Part shown: in pieces, positions 47,167 through 56,210 of the stretch
Position numbering within the stretch: position 1 is the first letter of the stretch
How the letters are laid out: each line of letters opens with the position of its first letter
DNA from: an uncultured archaeon
GTDB lineage: Archaea > Iainarchaeota > Iainarchaeia > Iainarchaeales > GCA-2688035
Assembly: GCA_964354805.1 (NCBI GenBank)
Contig: CAYHBD010000030.1
Coordinates: 1-64,000 of the forward strand
DNA: 64,000 bases
Direction of reading: 5' to 3'
Notes under the pieces: model-generated
What the model saw: only the letters and a program-made list of their open reading frames with translations
Databases searched by the model: none
What the model was told of the DNA's origin: nothing
Made by a program: the position numbers and the translations under genes

Positions 47167-47320
47167 CATCACCTCCAATGTATTATGAATTTTTTCGTGG
47201 ACGTCTTGCGAATTTTGGAGGCATTAAATTCTTTCCACCGAGAAACAGAATTTAAGCGTGGAAAGATTTAAGCCGAGAAAATTCGAGTCCTAAGAAAAAA
47301 TTCCAATATTGGAGGTGATG
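47167..47320. other. Long imperfect inverted repeat (fold-back)
   Basis: Nested helices CATCACCTCCAAT/ATTGGAGGTGATG, GAATTTTTTC/GAAAAAATTC, GGAC/GTCC, CGAATTTT/AAAATTCG, TTAAAT/ATTTAA, CTTTCCAC/GTGGAAAG. Confidence 0.85.
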
Positions 47321-47402
47321 ACATTTTTCTTACAGCAAATGCGAATGCCAAAAGCACATTGCCGGCGCAATAGTGAAAGTTGAAGAAGATTAAACGTCAT
47401 TT

Positions 47403-47747
47403 CTATTGCTTCCGCAGGAACTCGTTTCCTGCAAACGTTGTCTGCAGCACTGGCTGCTGCTCTTTTGCATAAGCCTTTTCCAAAGAGGCTGTGAAGCATT
47501 TTATTTTTTCAATCCACTCCAAATTCAGGCAGTATTCATTGTTTTCCTTCAATATAACGCCTTTCGCAGCCAGCTGGTTCAATGCCTTGTGGACAGCCTG
47601 GTATGAAACATGCAAAGCATACTGGCGGGTGACAGCGGAATAAATAGATTTTAAACTCAAAGGCCAGCGGCAGCTGAGAATTGCAACAACAGCATCCTTA
47701 ACCTTTCCTTCACCTTCAAAGCCAGAAGGCGAAGCAATTAACAGCAT
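47403..47747 (-). CDS. Winged-helix DNA-binding protein
   Basis: WPLSLKSIY...VSYQAVHKALNQL...GVI. Confidence 0.75.
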   Translation of the reverse strand: MLLIASPSGFEGEGKVKDAVVAILSCRWPLSLKSIYSAVTRQYALHVSYQAVHKALNQLAAKGVILKENNEYCLNLEWIEKIKCFTASLEKAYAKEQQPVLQTTFAGNEFLRKQ

Positions 47748-47880
47748 CGCCCACCCCCGACCTTTCACAGGCCATGTTATATAATACCCATCACCCCTTC
47801 CTTTTATACATTTGCATTTATGTATACACGTGAAAAAGGGGCAAAGAGCAAAAAAGGAATTATGTAGTAGGTGCTGTCCG

Positions 47881-48402
47881 CTATTCTTTCACAAAAATGC
47901 GGAACAAGCAGAATGGGTCGCCTTTTGCCCTGCACTTTATTTCCCTGCATTCAATGTTCTCTGCTGCAAAAGCGCTGGCTGCGCTGCCTGCAAGGAATCC
48001 GGCAATAAGAAAATCAACTGCAGCATCTGAAGGGTGCAGTGCTTTTGCAATATGGGAATCAGTCACTTTGACAAGCGCTTTTTTGTTCAGAGCATCAAAT
48101 TCAATCAGTTCGCCTTTGCCCAGGCCAGCCAATGCCAAGGTGTTAAGGTCGAATTCGGTTTGCTTTCTTGCATCCATTTTGAATTTTTCCTTTACCGCCT
48201 TGCTGTGCCTGCTGCTTGATTCTTTTGCAACAGCGTAAATTATGTCACTGTATTTTTCCGGCTGGGCTTTGCGCAGTTCTGTCAAAAGGGTGCTGTAAAA
48301 GCTTACCGGGCTCATTGCCATGTTCTGGCCAAGCAGCTTTATTTCGCCTTCCTCGAAACTGATCTGGTTTGCCAAAAGCAATTGCTTTACAAAATTAAAC
48401 AA
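47881..48402 (-). CDS. V4R domain protein
   Basis: GLG, AGFLAG, CREIKCRAKGDPFCLF. Confidence 0.88.
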   Translation of the reverse strand: MFNFVKQLLLANQISFEEGEIKLLGQNMAMSPVSFYSTLLTELRKAQPEKYSDIIYAVAKESSSRHSKAVKEKFKMDARKQTEFDLNTLALAGLGKGELIEFDALNKKALVKVTDSHIAKALHPSDAAVDFLIAGFLAGSAASAFAAENIECREIKCRAKGDPFCLFRIFVKE

Positions 48403-48501
48403 ACAACAACCACCTGCTGTTATAAAACAAAAGCCTGGAAAAAACTATAACTTAAATTTTCCCAAAAATAATAGGACCCTACTTTAATGAAAACCGGCAG
48501 G

Positions 48502-49260
48502 CTATGCCTTGAATTTGTCGCCTTCTGTAATTGTTATGCCTTCCTCTGTGATGTTGTACGGCAGTATGTCTTTCTCGTAAGCGCTGTACCTCATTTTTCT
48601 CACAAACATGCTTCTGTAGTCCGCAATCCCGATCTCAAAATAGCGCAATATTATTACCCCGTCCGTAATGAATTCGCTTACTCCGTCACTACTCAAGGCT
48701 CTTGCATCTTCAGGCAGTTCGCTTGTAAGCAGGGTTGTTGTATTGTAGCGCTTCAATTCCGCAACCAGCTTGTACAAAATGCTCTTTGAAACAATCTGCT
48801 CTGTCCTCGGAATAGGCGAAATGTTTTCAGCAACCTGCACAAGGCTGAAACTGCCTTTCTGGCTCAAGCCTCCAATTATCAGCGCATCTGTCATTGTTGT
48901 CAAGCTGTCAATTGCAATCCTCTTGGGCTTAAAGATCTTGATTGCTTCAAGCGCTTTTGCAAGAATGTCATCGCCCTGAGTAATGTCAAAGTAAACAATT
49001 TTGAGCAGGTTCTTTTTCTGCAGATCCATCAAATCCCAGCGAAATCCTTCAGCGTGCCGCTGCAGTTCAATGTCATCCTGCTCAGTGCTGATATACAGGC
49101 CTTTTTCCCCAAACATCTTTGCGCCATTAACAAGAAACTGCAGGCAAAAAGTGCTCTTTCCAGTGCCGGCTCCGCCGCTCAGCAAAACAATGTTCCCCTC
49201 AGGAATTCCGCCTGTCAGCGCCTTATCCAAGCCCCGGATCCCGGTTTTCGTTCTAGCCAT
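48502..49260 (-). CDS. Single-domain KaiC/RAD55-like ATPase
   Basis: TGIRGLD...GGIP, GGAGTGKS, IDSLT, RKMR. Confidence 0.9.
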   Translation of the reverse strand: MARTKTGIRGLDKALTGGIPEGNIVLLSGGAGTGKSTFCLQFLVNGAKMFGEKGLYISTEQDDIELQRHAEGFRWDLMDLQKKNLLKIVYFDITQGDDILAKALEAIKIFKPKRIAIDSLTTMTDALIIGGLSQKGSFSLVQVAENISPIPRTEQIVSKSILYKLVAELKRYNTTTLLTSELPEDARALSSDGVSEFITDGVIILRYFEIGIADYRSMFVRKMRYSAYEKDILPYNITEEGITITEGDKFKA

Positions 49261-49274
49261 CAATAATATAACCG

Positions 49275-49304
49275 TTCACTGATATTTAAATCTTTCACTG
49301 ATAT
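49275..49304. promoter_or_regulatory. Direct repeat flanking the TATA box of the KaiC-like gene
   Basis: TTCACTGATAT at 49275 and 49294 around TTTAAA. Confidence 0.5.
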
Positions 49305-49380
49305 AAGGCTGTTGTGTTGTCATGAATTAATGTTCTCCAACAATTAATGCAGCACATTCCTGTGCGCAAACTGCCCTGTT

Positions 49381-49956
49381 TTAAATTTCCAGCTGCAATT
49401 GCTGCTGGACTCTTTTGTCCGAGAAATCGAAAAGGTGCTGTTGTTTTACAATGAATTCGCAGTCGGCTTCTCCCAATGCAGTGCAGTGGGTTTCAACGCA
49501 GTCAACATCTGAAGCAAAGGCAGAGCTGAAAATGCCCGCAATCACCCCTCTCAAAAGGTGGTCGGCTGGCATCGAGGGCTTTTTGTGCAGCCTTGATGCA
49601 AAGGGGTTGTTTGCCACCTTGACTATTGCTTTTTTTGTTTTGAAATCAAGGTCAATGCTTTGCAGCATTCCCCAGCCAGAGGCAGTAAAAAACTTGTTCA
49701 GGAAATCAACCATTTGCGCTGATTCAAGCCCGAAACCAAATCCAAACTGGGAAACCAGGTTTTCTTTGACGTTTTTTCGCACGCTTGCATACAGCTGTTT
49801 TTCAAAATCGCAGTCTCCAGTGGAAAGCAGCGCGCTCAGGACATCAACAGGGCAAATGAGAAAGGGCACGTTCATCAGGAAAAACTGGTTTTGCCTGTAC
49901 TGCAATGCATTGGTGAAAATGAACCTGTCCAAAAAATTGTTGAGCATTATTGGCAC
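49381..49956 (-). CDS. V4R domain protein
   Basis: SGWG, RGVIAG, CVETHCTALGEADCEF. Confidence 0.88.
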   Translation of the reverse strand: MPIMLNNFLDRFIFTNALQYRQNQFFLMNVPFLICPVDVLSALLSTGDCDFEKQLYASVRKNVKENLVSQFGFGFGLESAQMVDFLNKFFTASGWGMLQSIDLDFKTKKAIVKVANNPFASRLHKKPSMPADHLLRGVIAGIFSSAFASDVDCVETHCTALGEADCEFIVKQQHLFDFSDKRVQQQLQLEI

Positions 49957-50032
49957 CTTCCGAATTTTTCCGCTTTGGGCAGAATAATAATCGCTCTTTT
50001 ATTTAAATAGTTTTCCTATTTTATTGATTTAG

Positions 50033-50956
50033 ATGAAAACAATCACAGTTGACCTGCATACGCACCTGATTGAGAAGCGGGAGAAGCCTGAGCGCTATTG
50101 GAGGGCGGTGAAGGCAAAAAAGCTGGATGCTGTTGCAATAACAGAGCATTTTGATTGCAAGCCGGAAAAGGCATACCAAATGCTTTTGGAAAAAAAGCCC
50201 AAAGCTGCTTTATTGCTCCCTGGAATGGAGCTGCAGACAAGCATTGGGCACGTTCTTGCTTTTGGCAAAAGCGATGAAATTTTTTCAATTGAAAAACTGT
50301 TCGAGAAAAAGCTGCCTATAAAAAAAGCAATTCAGGTTGCGCAAAAAAACGATTTGCTTTTGAGCATTGCACACCCCTGGGGATTGAGCTATGACAGCGC
50401 TGCATATTTGATGGGGGAAAAGCGATTGCACAAGCTGGTTACAGAAGGCGAAATTGGGGTTGAGGCATTCAACGGCATGTTCGGGCAGATCGGATACTTT
50501 TTTTACGGCACAAGCTGGGTCAGGAAGCCATTGAATTTTTTCGATTTTTTGGAGAAAAGCAGGATTGGAAGGAAAACAAGGCTGAGCAGGCTCGGCAGAA
50601 AAGCCAGGGAAAAGCTTGACAAAAAAGGCAGGGAAATCATTGAGAGATGCGTCAAGCCGCTTGAGCTGGCGCAGCACGCAAGTTTTTTCACTGCTGGCAG
50701 CGATGCCCACAGCCACGAGATGATTGGCGCAGGCGTGATGAAAATAAAAATTTCCGGAAGGCTGAGTGAAAAAAACATTTTGGGTGCGATGCAGCAGAAA
50801 AAGAACATTGAGTTTGTCGGGCCCTTTGTTAAAAAAACAAAGGCTGGAAATTACGGCATTGCAATGCAGCAGCTGCGCAAGAAACAGTTTTTGTCGGGCT
50901 TGCGGTATGCAACAAAGAGGGCGGTTGTAAAAAAGCTGAGGCTGCGGAGAAAGTGA
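50033..50956 (+). CDS. PHP domain metallo-phosphoesterase
   Basis: DLHTH, ITEH, AHP, GSDAH. Confidence 0.88.
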   Translation: MKTITVDLHTHLIEKREKPERYWRAVKAKKLDAVAITEHFDCKPEKAYQMLLEKKPKAALLLPGMELQTSIGHVLAFGKSDEIFSIEKLFEKKLPIKKAIQVAQKNDLLLSIAHPWGLSYDSAAYLMGEKRLHKLVTEGEIGVEAFNGMFGQIGYFFYGTSWVRKPLNFFDFLEKSRIGRKTRLSRLGRKAREKLDKKGREIIERCVKPLELAQHASFFTAGSDAHSHEMIGAGVMKIKISGRLSEKNILGAMQQKKNIEFVGPFVKKTKAGNYGIAMQQLRKKQFLSGLRYATKRAVVKKLRLRRK

Positions 50957-51015
50957 TTTGAATTGATTGTGATTGATGCAAAAAAAACTGCATTTTGGGC
51001 TGGAAGTGATTTCAT

Positions 51016-51426
51016 TTGATTGCTGCTGTTTCGCCTGATTCAAAGCTTGGTGATGTGCCTGCTGATGCAGCTGAACTGCATTTGGTAAGACCAGTGAAAA
51101 GCGAATTGCTTTCAGGGATTCTGCGAAAATGCAGTGCGCTTGAAAAAGTTACTTTGAGCAAAAGCTGCCTGCGCAGGATGCCTGCACAAAGCAGGCAATT
51201 GCTGCTGGAAAAGGGAATTGCGTTGGTTGAGCAAAACAGGCCAGGCAGGCCGATTGGCTTGCCATTGCAGAAGATGCTGCACGCGCTTGAAATGAGGAAA
51301 GACTACCAGACCCTGCGCGAAATTGAAAGAGTTACAGGGATTCCAAAAAGCACTGTGCATTATTTGCAGAGATATGCCCAGAGGACAAAGATTAAAAACG
51401 GAAAAAACATAGTCTATCTAAAGTGA
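51016..51426 (+). CDS. DUF1699-like protein with C-terminal HTH
   Basis: HLVRP, RPGRP, TLREIERVTGIPKSTVHY. Confidence 0.6.
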   Translation: MIAAVSPDSKLGDVPADAAELHLVRPVKSELLSGILRKCSALEKVTLSKSCLRRMPAQSRQLLLEKGIALVEQNRPGRPIGLPLQKMLHALEMRKDYQTLREIERVTGIPKSTVHYLQRYAQRTKIKNGKNIVYLK

Positions 51427-51435
51427 GGGAGAAAA

Positions 51436-51762
51436 ATGCCTAACGAATTTTTTAAGCAGATGGTGCTTGATTTGACCAGAAAGGGTGCAGTTGAAAAGGT
51501 GCGCTTTTTGAAAAACCTGCACAAAAAAGTAATGCCCTCGCAGTTTGAAAAAATCAGGAGAAATGACAAAAAAGTAATGCAGGAACTTTTTTTGCCAAAA
51601 TGGCTTTCTTGGGAACTGCTTAGAGCATGGGCTGACAATGTAACGCCAATCGGAAAAGGAAGGGCATGCGCTTTATGCGATTTAAAAAGCGATCTTGGAA
51701 TCATGTTCAATGAAAAATTCGTCTGCGAAAACTGCTTCATAAGGCTGCATCAGCTGAAATAA
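51436..51762 (+). CDS. Hypothetical protein with C-terminal zinc finger
   Basis: CALC...VCENC; SD GAGG. Confidence 0.7.
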   Translation: MPNEFFKQMVLDLTRKGAVEKVRFLKNLHKKVMPSQFEKIRRNDKKVMQELFLPKWLSWELLRAWADNVTPIGKGRACALCDLKSDLGIMFNEKFVCENCFIRLHQLK

Positions 51763-51766
51763 CTGG

Positions 51767-52435
51767 TTATTCCCTTTCTCCAAACAAAGCAGTGCCCAAG
51801 CGCAACATCGTGCTCCCTTCCTCGATTGCAATTTGGTAATCATTGCTCATTCCCATGCTCAGTTCGCGCAAACCAAGCTGCTGGGCAAGCTGCCTCATTT
51901 TCTTAAAATACTGCCTTGTCTGCTCCGCAGGCAAAAGGGGAGCCATGCAGAACAAGCCTTTCACCTGCAAATTGGGCAGTTTTTTTATTTCATTATAAAA
52001 AGAGGGAACATTCTCCGGCAGCACGCCGAATTTGCTTTTCTCAGCGGCAATATTCACTTCAATAAAAACTGGGAATTGCTTTTCCGCTGCATCATTTATT
52101 TTCCGGGCGAGCTTTAACGAATCAACGCTCTGAACGCACGAAAACAATTCAACAGCTTGCAGGACTTTGTTGCTCTGCAGGTGCCCGATGAAATGCCATT
52201 CAACTCTGCCGCCGATTTCTTTTATTTTTTGCTCTGCTTCCTGCACATAGTTTTCTCCGCAGATTCGAATGCCTGCAGCAATCGCTGCATTGATTTTTTC
52301 AATTGGCTGGGCTTTAACCGCTGCAAGGATTGAAATTTCATCTGCATCTCTGCCTGCCTTTGCGCAGGCAGCTGCAATGTTTTTCTTGATTGCAGCAAAA
52401 TTCTGGTTTATTTTTTCAGCAGATAAATTTTGCAT
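51767..52435 (-). CDS. yggS: YggS/PLPBP pyridoxal phosphate homeostasis protein
   Basis: GENYVQE, WHFIGHLQSNK, LSMGMSNDY, RLGTALFG. Confidence 0.95.
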   Translation of the reverse strand: MQNLSAEKINQNFAAIKKNIAAACAKAGRDADEISILAAVKAQPIEKINAAIAAGIRICGENYVQEAEQKIKEIGGRVEWHFIGHLQSNKVLQAVELFSCVQSVDSLKLARKINDAAEKQFPVFIEVNIAAEKSKFGVLPENVPSFYNEIKKLPNLQVKGLFCMAPLLPAEQTRQYFKKMRQLAQQLGLRELSMGMSNDYQIAIEEGSTMLRLGTALFGERE

Positions 52436-52526
52436 ATTTATCCTCTGTTGCATTTCGTAACGCGTCTGCAAAAGCATTTTTTGTTTTTGCCGAGCTGTTG
52501 TTAGCCTCAAGGTAAAAGAAAAGAAA

Positions 52527-52664
52527 TTACCAGTTTGGCCTTCTTTGCTCTTGCTGCATCCTGTAATGGCAGCCTGGGCATTCAAGAGTCATAAGAACCC
52601 TGTCGCCGGCCAATTCAGCGAAATCAACGGCTCTCATTTCTGTTCCGCATTTCGGGCAGCGCAT
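52527..52664 (-). CDS. 45-aa CPxCG zinc-finger microprotein
   Basis: Hand translation MRCPKCGTEMRAVDFAELAGDRVLMTLECPGCHYRMQQEQRRPNW. Confidence 0.75.
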   Translation of the reverse strand: MRCPKCGTEMRAVDFAELAGDRVLMTLECPGCHYRMQQEQRRPNW

Positions 52665-52792
52665 TTGAGGTCAAATGATTTATGGGGGGCAATTGTTTAA
52701 AAGGATAATTTGGCAGGAGGGGATTCAGCGAAATATTGCTCGGCTTGGGAATTGTTTTAAAAGGATAATTCAGGGTTTTTATTTTGGTTCTT

Positions 52793-53470
52793 ATGGCAAT
52801 AAAGGCTGTTTTGTTTGATTTGGATAACACTTTGGTTGACTTCATGCGGATGAAGCAGCTGTGCAGCGAGGCTGCGATTCACGCAATGAGGGATGCCGGC
52901 TTGCAAATGCAGCATGGCAAGGCATTGCGCTTGCTGTTCAAATTGTATGAGAAGCACGGGATTGAAGACCAGAAAATTTTTGAGAAATTTTTGCGAAAAG
53001 CGATTGGCGCTGTTGACTACAGGATTCTGGCACAGGGTATTGCCGCTTACAGGAGAGTAAAGGCAGGCTACCTGGTCCCTTACCCCCATGTCAGGGAAAC
53101 ACTGATTAAGCTGAAAGAAAATGGCATTGCGCTCGGAATAGTGAGCGATGCCCCGAGAATGCAGGCATGGCTCAGGCTGGCTGAAATGAATTTAACCGAA
53201 TTCTTTGATTTGGTGATTGCATTGGAGGACACAGGGCAAAAAAAGCCGAGCAAGCTGCCTTTCAGGCAGGCGATAAAAAAACTGCGCATTAAGCCAAAAG
53301 AAATTCTTTTCGTCGGAGACAACCCGCAAAGAGATATAAAGGGAGCGAAAAGCGTTGGAATGAGGACAGCCCTGGCGCGCTATGGGCAATTGATGAAAGG
53401 AAAAGCAAAAGCGGAATTTGTTTTAAACGACATAAGCGATTTGGCAAAAATAGTAAAGACGTATACATAA
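52793..53470 (+). CDS. HAD-superfamily hydrolase
   Basis: FDLDNTL, VSD, KKP, VGDNPQRDI. Confidence 0.92.
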   Translation: MAIKAVLFDLDNTLVDFMRMKQLCSEAAIHAMRDAGLQMQHGKALRLLFKLYEKHGIEDQKIFEKFLRKAIGAVDYRILAQGIAAYRRVKAGYLVPYPHVRETLIKLKENGIALGIVSDAPRMQAWLRLAEMNLTEFFDLVIALEDTGQKKPSKLPFRQAIKKLRIKPKEILFVGDNPQRDIKGAKSVGMRTALARYGQLMKGKAKAEFVLNDISDLAKIVKTYT

Positions 53471-53484
53471 CAGAAGTTGTTTGC

Positions 53485-54486
53485 TCAAGTGTACTCCTTA
53501 AACATGAAACCTTTGTTTTTTTGAAAAAATTCCCTTGCCAGCTCTATGCATTTCATTAACGCAGCTTTTATGTCTTCTCCTTCTCCGTTGAAGCCTGCTG
53601 CGCCTGCATGGCCTCCGCCGCTCCCTGGATAGAATGCAGGCATTTTTTGGAAAACGTCTTTTGCCAAATCAAACCCTGTTTTTTTCAAAACGTGCTGTGC
53701 TGCCCTGCCGCTGATGCGAAGCTTTCCGTCATCGCTGTCGCCGGCAAATGCGATGTCTGCGCCGATTTTCACCAGTGTTGATGCAGCATCAGCTTCAAAC
53801 GCCCCGATGTCTGCTGTTGCCGCAATGAAATCGTTAATCCTGAATATCCTGCTTCTTTTCGCTGCTTTCAATGCAGCAATCTTTTGGTCGAATGTTAATG
53901 GAGCTGAGAAAAGGCTAAGCAGCCAGCTCAGGTTTTTTTTGTTCTTTTGCATTACTGCCGCCATTATTGCAAATGTTTTGCTGTTTGCTGTCTGAAAGTG
54001 GGCGCTGTCAGTTACAATGCCTGCTGCAATGCATGTTGCAATTCGTTCATCAATCGGAATGCGGTTTTTTTGCAGCAAGTCGAATACTATTTCGCAGCTT
54101 GCGACAGCTTCTGGGTTTATCAGGGCATTTACCCTCTTGCCGATTTTTTCGCCTGTTTTTTCGTGGTGGTCGATTAAATAGATTGGACCGTTAAAGCGCT
54201 TTATTGCGTCTGCTGCGCTGCCGGCCATTGAAAGACTGTTGAAATCCACAAGGAAAAGGCAGCCAAAGCTTGAAATGTCATCGAATCCGTTTAAGTGGTA
54301 CGGGATTTTTTGTTTTTCCGCAAAAGCTTTTGCTGGCTTTGCAATGTGTTGCGGAACAGCGATTTCCACTTTGTTTTTTTTGCTTAATGCGAAAGACAAC
54401 CCCGCTGCTGCAGCAATTGCGTCAACATCGCAGCCTGCGTGCGTTACAATTAGGATTTTTTTTCCTTTAATGCTGCTAAGCTGCAA
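53485..54486 (-). CDS. DHH/DHHA1 phosphoesterase
   Basis: THAGCDVDA, IDHH, GIVTDS, GGGHAGAAG. Confidence 0.9.
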   Translation of the reverse strand: MQLSSIKGKKILIVTHAGCDVDAIAAAAGLSFALSKKNKVEIAVPQHIAKPAKAFAEKQKIPYHLNGFDDISSFGCLFLVDFNSLSMAGSAADAIKRFNGPIYLIDHHEKTGEKIGKRVNALINPEAVASCEIVFDLLQKNRIPIDERIATCIAAGIVTDSAHFQTANSKTFAIMAAVMQKNKKNLSWLLSLFSAPLTFDQKIAALKAAKRSRIFRINDFIAATADIGAFEADAASTLVKIGADIAFAGDSDDGKLRISGRAAQHVLKKTGFDLAKDVFQKMPAFYPGSGGGHAGAAGFNGEGEDIKAALMKCIELAREFFQKNKGFMFKEYT

Positions 54487-54592
54487 AGCAAAACCACTTT
54501 CCTGCCCAAGGGGTTACTATTAAATTACTGCAGAGTTAAAGCACAAGCCTATTTTTTCTTTTTCTGCCGCTTCTGCGGCGTCTGGCGCTGGC

Positions 54593-54967
54593 TTATTTTT
54601 TCTTTTCTTCTTTTTCTGTTTCTTTTACTATGTCTGTTGCTGCCCCTTGCTTTGATTCAATCTCTGATTTCAGCTTGTTCAGCTTGTTCACAAGGCTGTC
54701 TTCCTGCTTTTGCAGTGTTTTTACCCTTAAATCAGTTGATTCCTTTTTTTCCTCTAATTCCTTTTTCACAACTGGGGTGTCTGTCTGGATTAATATGTTT
54801 CCGACAGCTTTGTAGACGCGCTTTTCCTTTGTTTTTGCCAGCTCGTCCAGTGCCTGCTGCAATGCCGAACTCTGCATCTGCAGCTGCTGTTTTTGCCCTG
54901 AAACAGTGAACAGCTGTGACCTGCTTCTCTCGAATTCCCTGGCTTTCAATTCAATTCCTTCAACCAT
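54593..54967 (-). CDS. pfdB: Prefoldin beta subunit
   Basis: Coiled coils around VYKAVGNILI. Confidence 0.92.
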   Translation of the reverse strand: MVEGIELKAREFERSRSQLFTVSGQKQQLQMQSSALQQALDELAKTKEKRVYKAVGNILIQTDTPVVKKELEEKKESTDLRVKTLQKQEDSLVNKLNKLKSEIESKQGAATDIVKETEKEEKKK

Positions 54968-54970
54968 TTG

Positions 54971-55318
54971 CTATTCCTCCAAAATGCTTTTTGACAAAAT
55001 AATCGAATTAACTATGCTGTTAACGCTTGCCCTCAGTGCGGTTGCATCTGATGCATTAATACCTATTTGCACTGCATTGTTTTTAATTTTAACATGTGTT
55101 GCGCTTCTCTTAGCATGCACTGCATTTAATTCTGGACCAATTGCTTTCAAAAAAATGCCTGCTTCTTTTTTCGGCACAGCAATGCTGATGCTCAAATCAA
55201 AGCCTTTTTTGCTTAAGCCTTTTGCTTCGCAAAACCCTTGGGAAATTTGCTTCGCCTGCAAAAAACCCTTGGGAAAAGGGTTTTGCTTACGCAAAACATA
55301 TTCCGGTGAATGCTGCAA
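54971..55318 (-). CDS. pcc1: KEOPS subunit Pcc1 with repeat-derived N-terminal extension
   Basis: PEL...RS...INASDATALRASVNS; TTG start with SD GAGGT. Confidence 0.85.
   Translation of the reverse strand: MQHSPEYVLRKQNPFPKGFLQAKQISQGFCEAKGLSKKGFDLSISIAVPKKEAGIFLKAIGPELNAVHAKRSATHVKIKNNAVQIGINASDATALRASVNSIVNSIILSKSILEE
55202..55292 (-). repeat. Palindromic repeat family copy in the pcc1 5' region
   Basis: Colinear with 21907-22000 but with an altered hairpin tip (TTTTGC-GAA-GCAAAA). Confidence 0.88.
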
Positions 55319-55324
55319 GCGCGA

Positions 55325-55459
55325 TTACCTCGCTTTGATGTTTTTTGCAATCGGTTCCCTGACTTTGTACATTATTTTGTAAGCGCAGACTGGGCAGCGC
55401 AGGATTCCTTCAGGCAGGGCGTTGATTACTTCACCGCATTTAGCGCATTTGTAAGGCAT
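55325..55459 (-). CDS. rpoP: RNA polymerase subunit Rpo12 (RpoP)
   Basis: YKCAKCG...RCPVCAYKIMYKVR; SD GGAGGT; superoperon position. Confidence 0.9.
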   Translation of the reverse strand: MPYKCAKCGEVINALPEGILRCPVCAYKIMYKVREPIAKNIKAR

Positions 55460-55481
55460 TCTCATTACCTCCCAAAAAAAA

Positions 55482-56132
55482 TTATTTTTTCTTTCGCTCT
55501 TCTTTCTTTTCTTTTGCTTTCTCTTTTCCTTTTGTTTCCTTTTCAATTCTCTTTTCTTTTCGTTCTCTTGGCGCAATTTTTTCTTTTCTTTCTTTGCCGA
55601 TTTCTTTTTCTTCGTGTTCCCCTAATTGCTTTTCCTCACTGCCGATTTGTTTTTCTTCTGGCTTGCGCTCTTTCCATTCTATTGTTTCTTTTCCTTGTCC
55701 GAAAAAGTCCCTTCTTCCTTTTCCTCGCTCTCTCCATTCCCTTCTTTCCCTGTAGATTTCCCTGCTTGCTCTTCCGCCCCATTCCCTTTTTCCCTCTGCC
55801 CCGCTTTCATCGCCTGCCTCTTCTTCTGCCCAGTCTTCTTTTGTGCTTAGCAGTTCTTTCATTGAAGGCAAAAAGCTTCTCTGGGCAACCATTTTTTGCA
55901 CAATCGAGCCAGGCAAAGTGGTGGGCAAATACGCGCCTCCTGCGAATGTGTTATCGCATTTCCTGCAGCTATAGATGCCTGGCGCTTTTCTCCTCACTCT
56001 CTCGGCTCCGCAGAACGGGCATGGGTAGTATTTGTGCTGCTTGCTTTCAATTTTAAGCAGGCTTTTTCTTATGCCAACGCCGTATCTTGCCCCATAGCGC
56101 CCAGCGGTTTTAACTTTTAAAGTGTTGCCCAT
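55482..56132 (-). CDS. rpl37ae: Ribosomal protein L37Ae (eL43) with long charged C-terminal extension
   Basis: GRYGARYG, CPFCG, GIYSCRKC, FAGGAY. Confidence 0.92.
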   Translation of the reverse strand: MGNTLKVKTAGRYGARYGVGIRKSLLKIESKQHKYYPCPFCGAERVRRKAPGIYSCRKCDNTFAGGAYLPTTLPGSIVQKMVAQRSFLPSMKELLSTKEDWAEEEAGDESGAEGKREWGGRASREIYRERREWRERGKGRRDFFGQGKETIEWKERKPEEKQIGSEEKQLGEHEEKEIGKERKEKIAPRERKEKRIEKETKGKEKAKEKKEERKKK

Positions 56133-56210
56133 ATATTACAGAACTCCTGCTTTTGAAAATCCTTACAGCAGTTTCATGCACTCTTTTTCCTCTAGCTGCC
56201 CCCTGTTCGC

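Noticed and set aside
47318-47383. Plus-strand mini-ORF after the right arm of the fold-back
   Set aside because: The ATG abuts the SD-like sequence with no spacing, and the peptide has no recognisable features
53716-53722. Isolated GCGAAGC/GCTTCGC heptamers in coding regions (also near 35666 and 59268)
   Set aside because: They lack the adjoining TTTCCCAAGG and hairpin; consistent with chance
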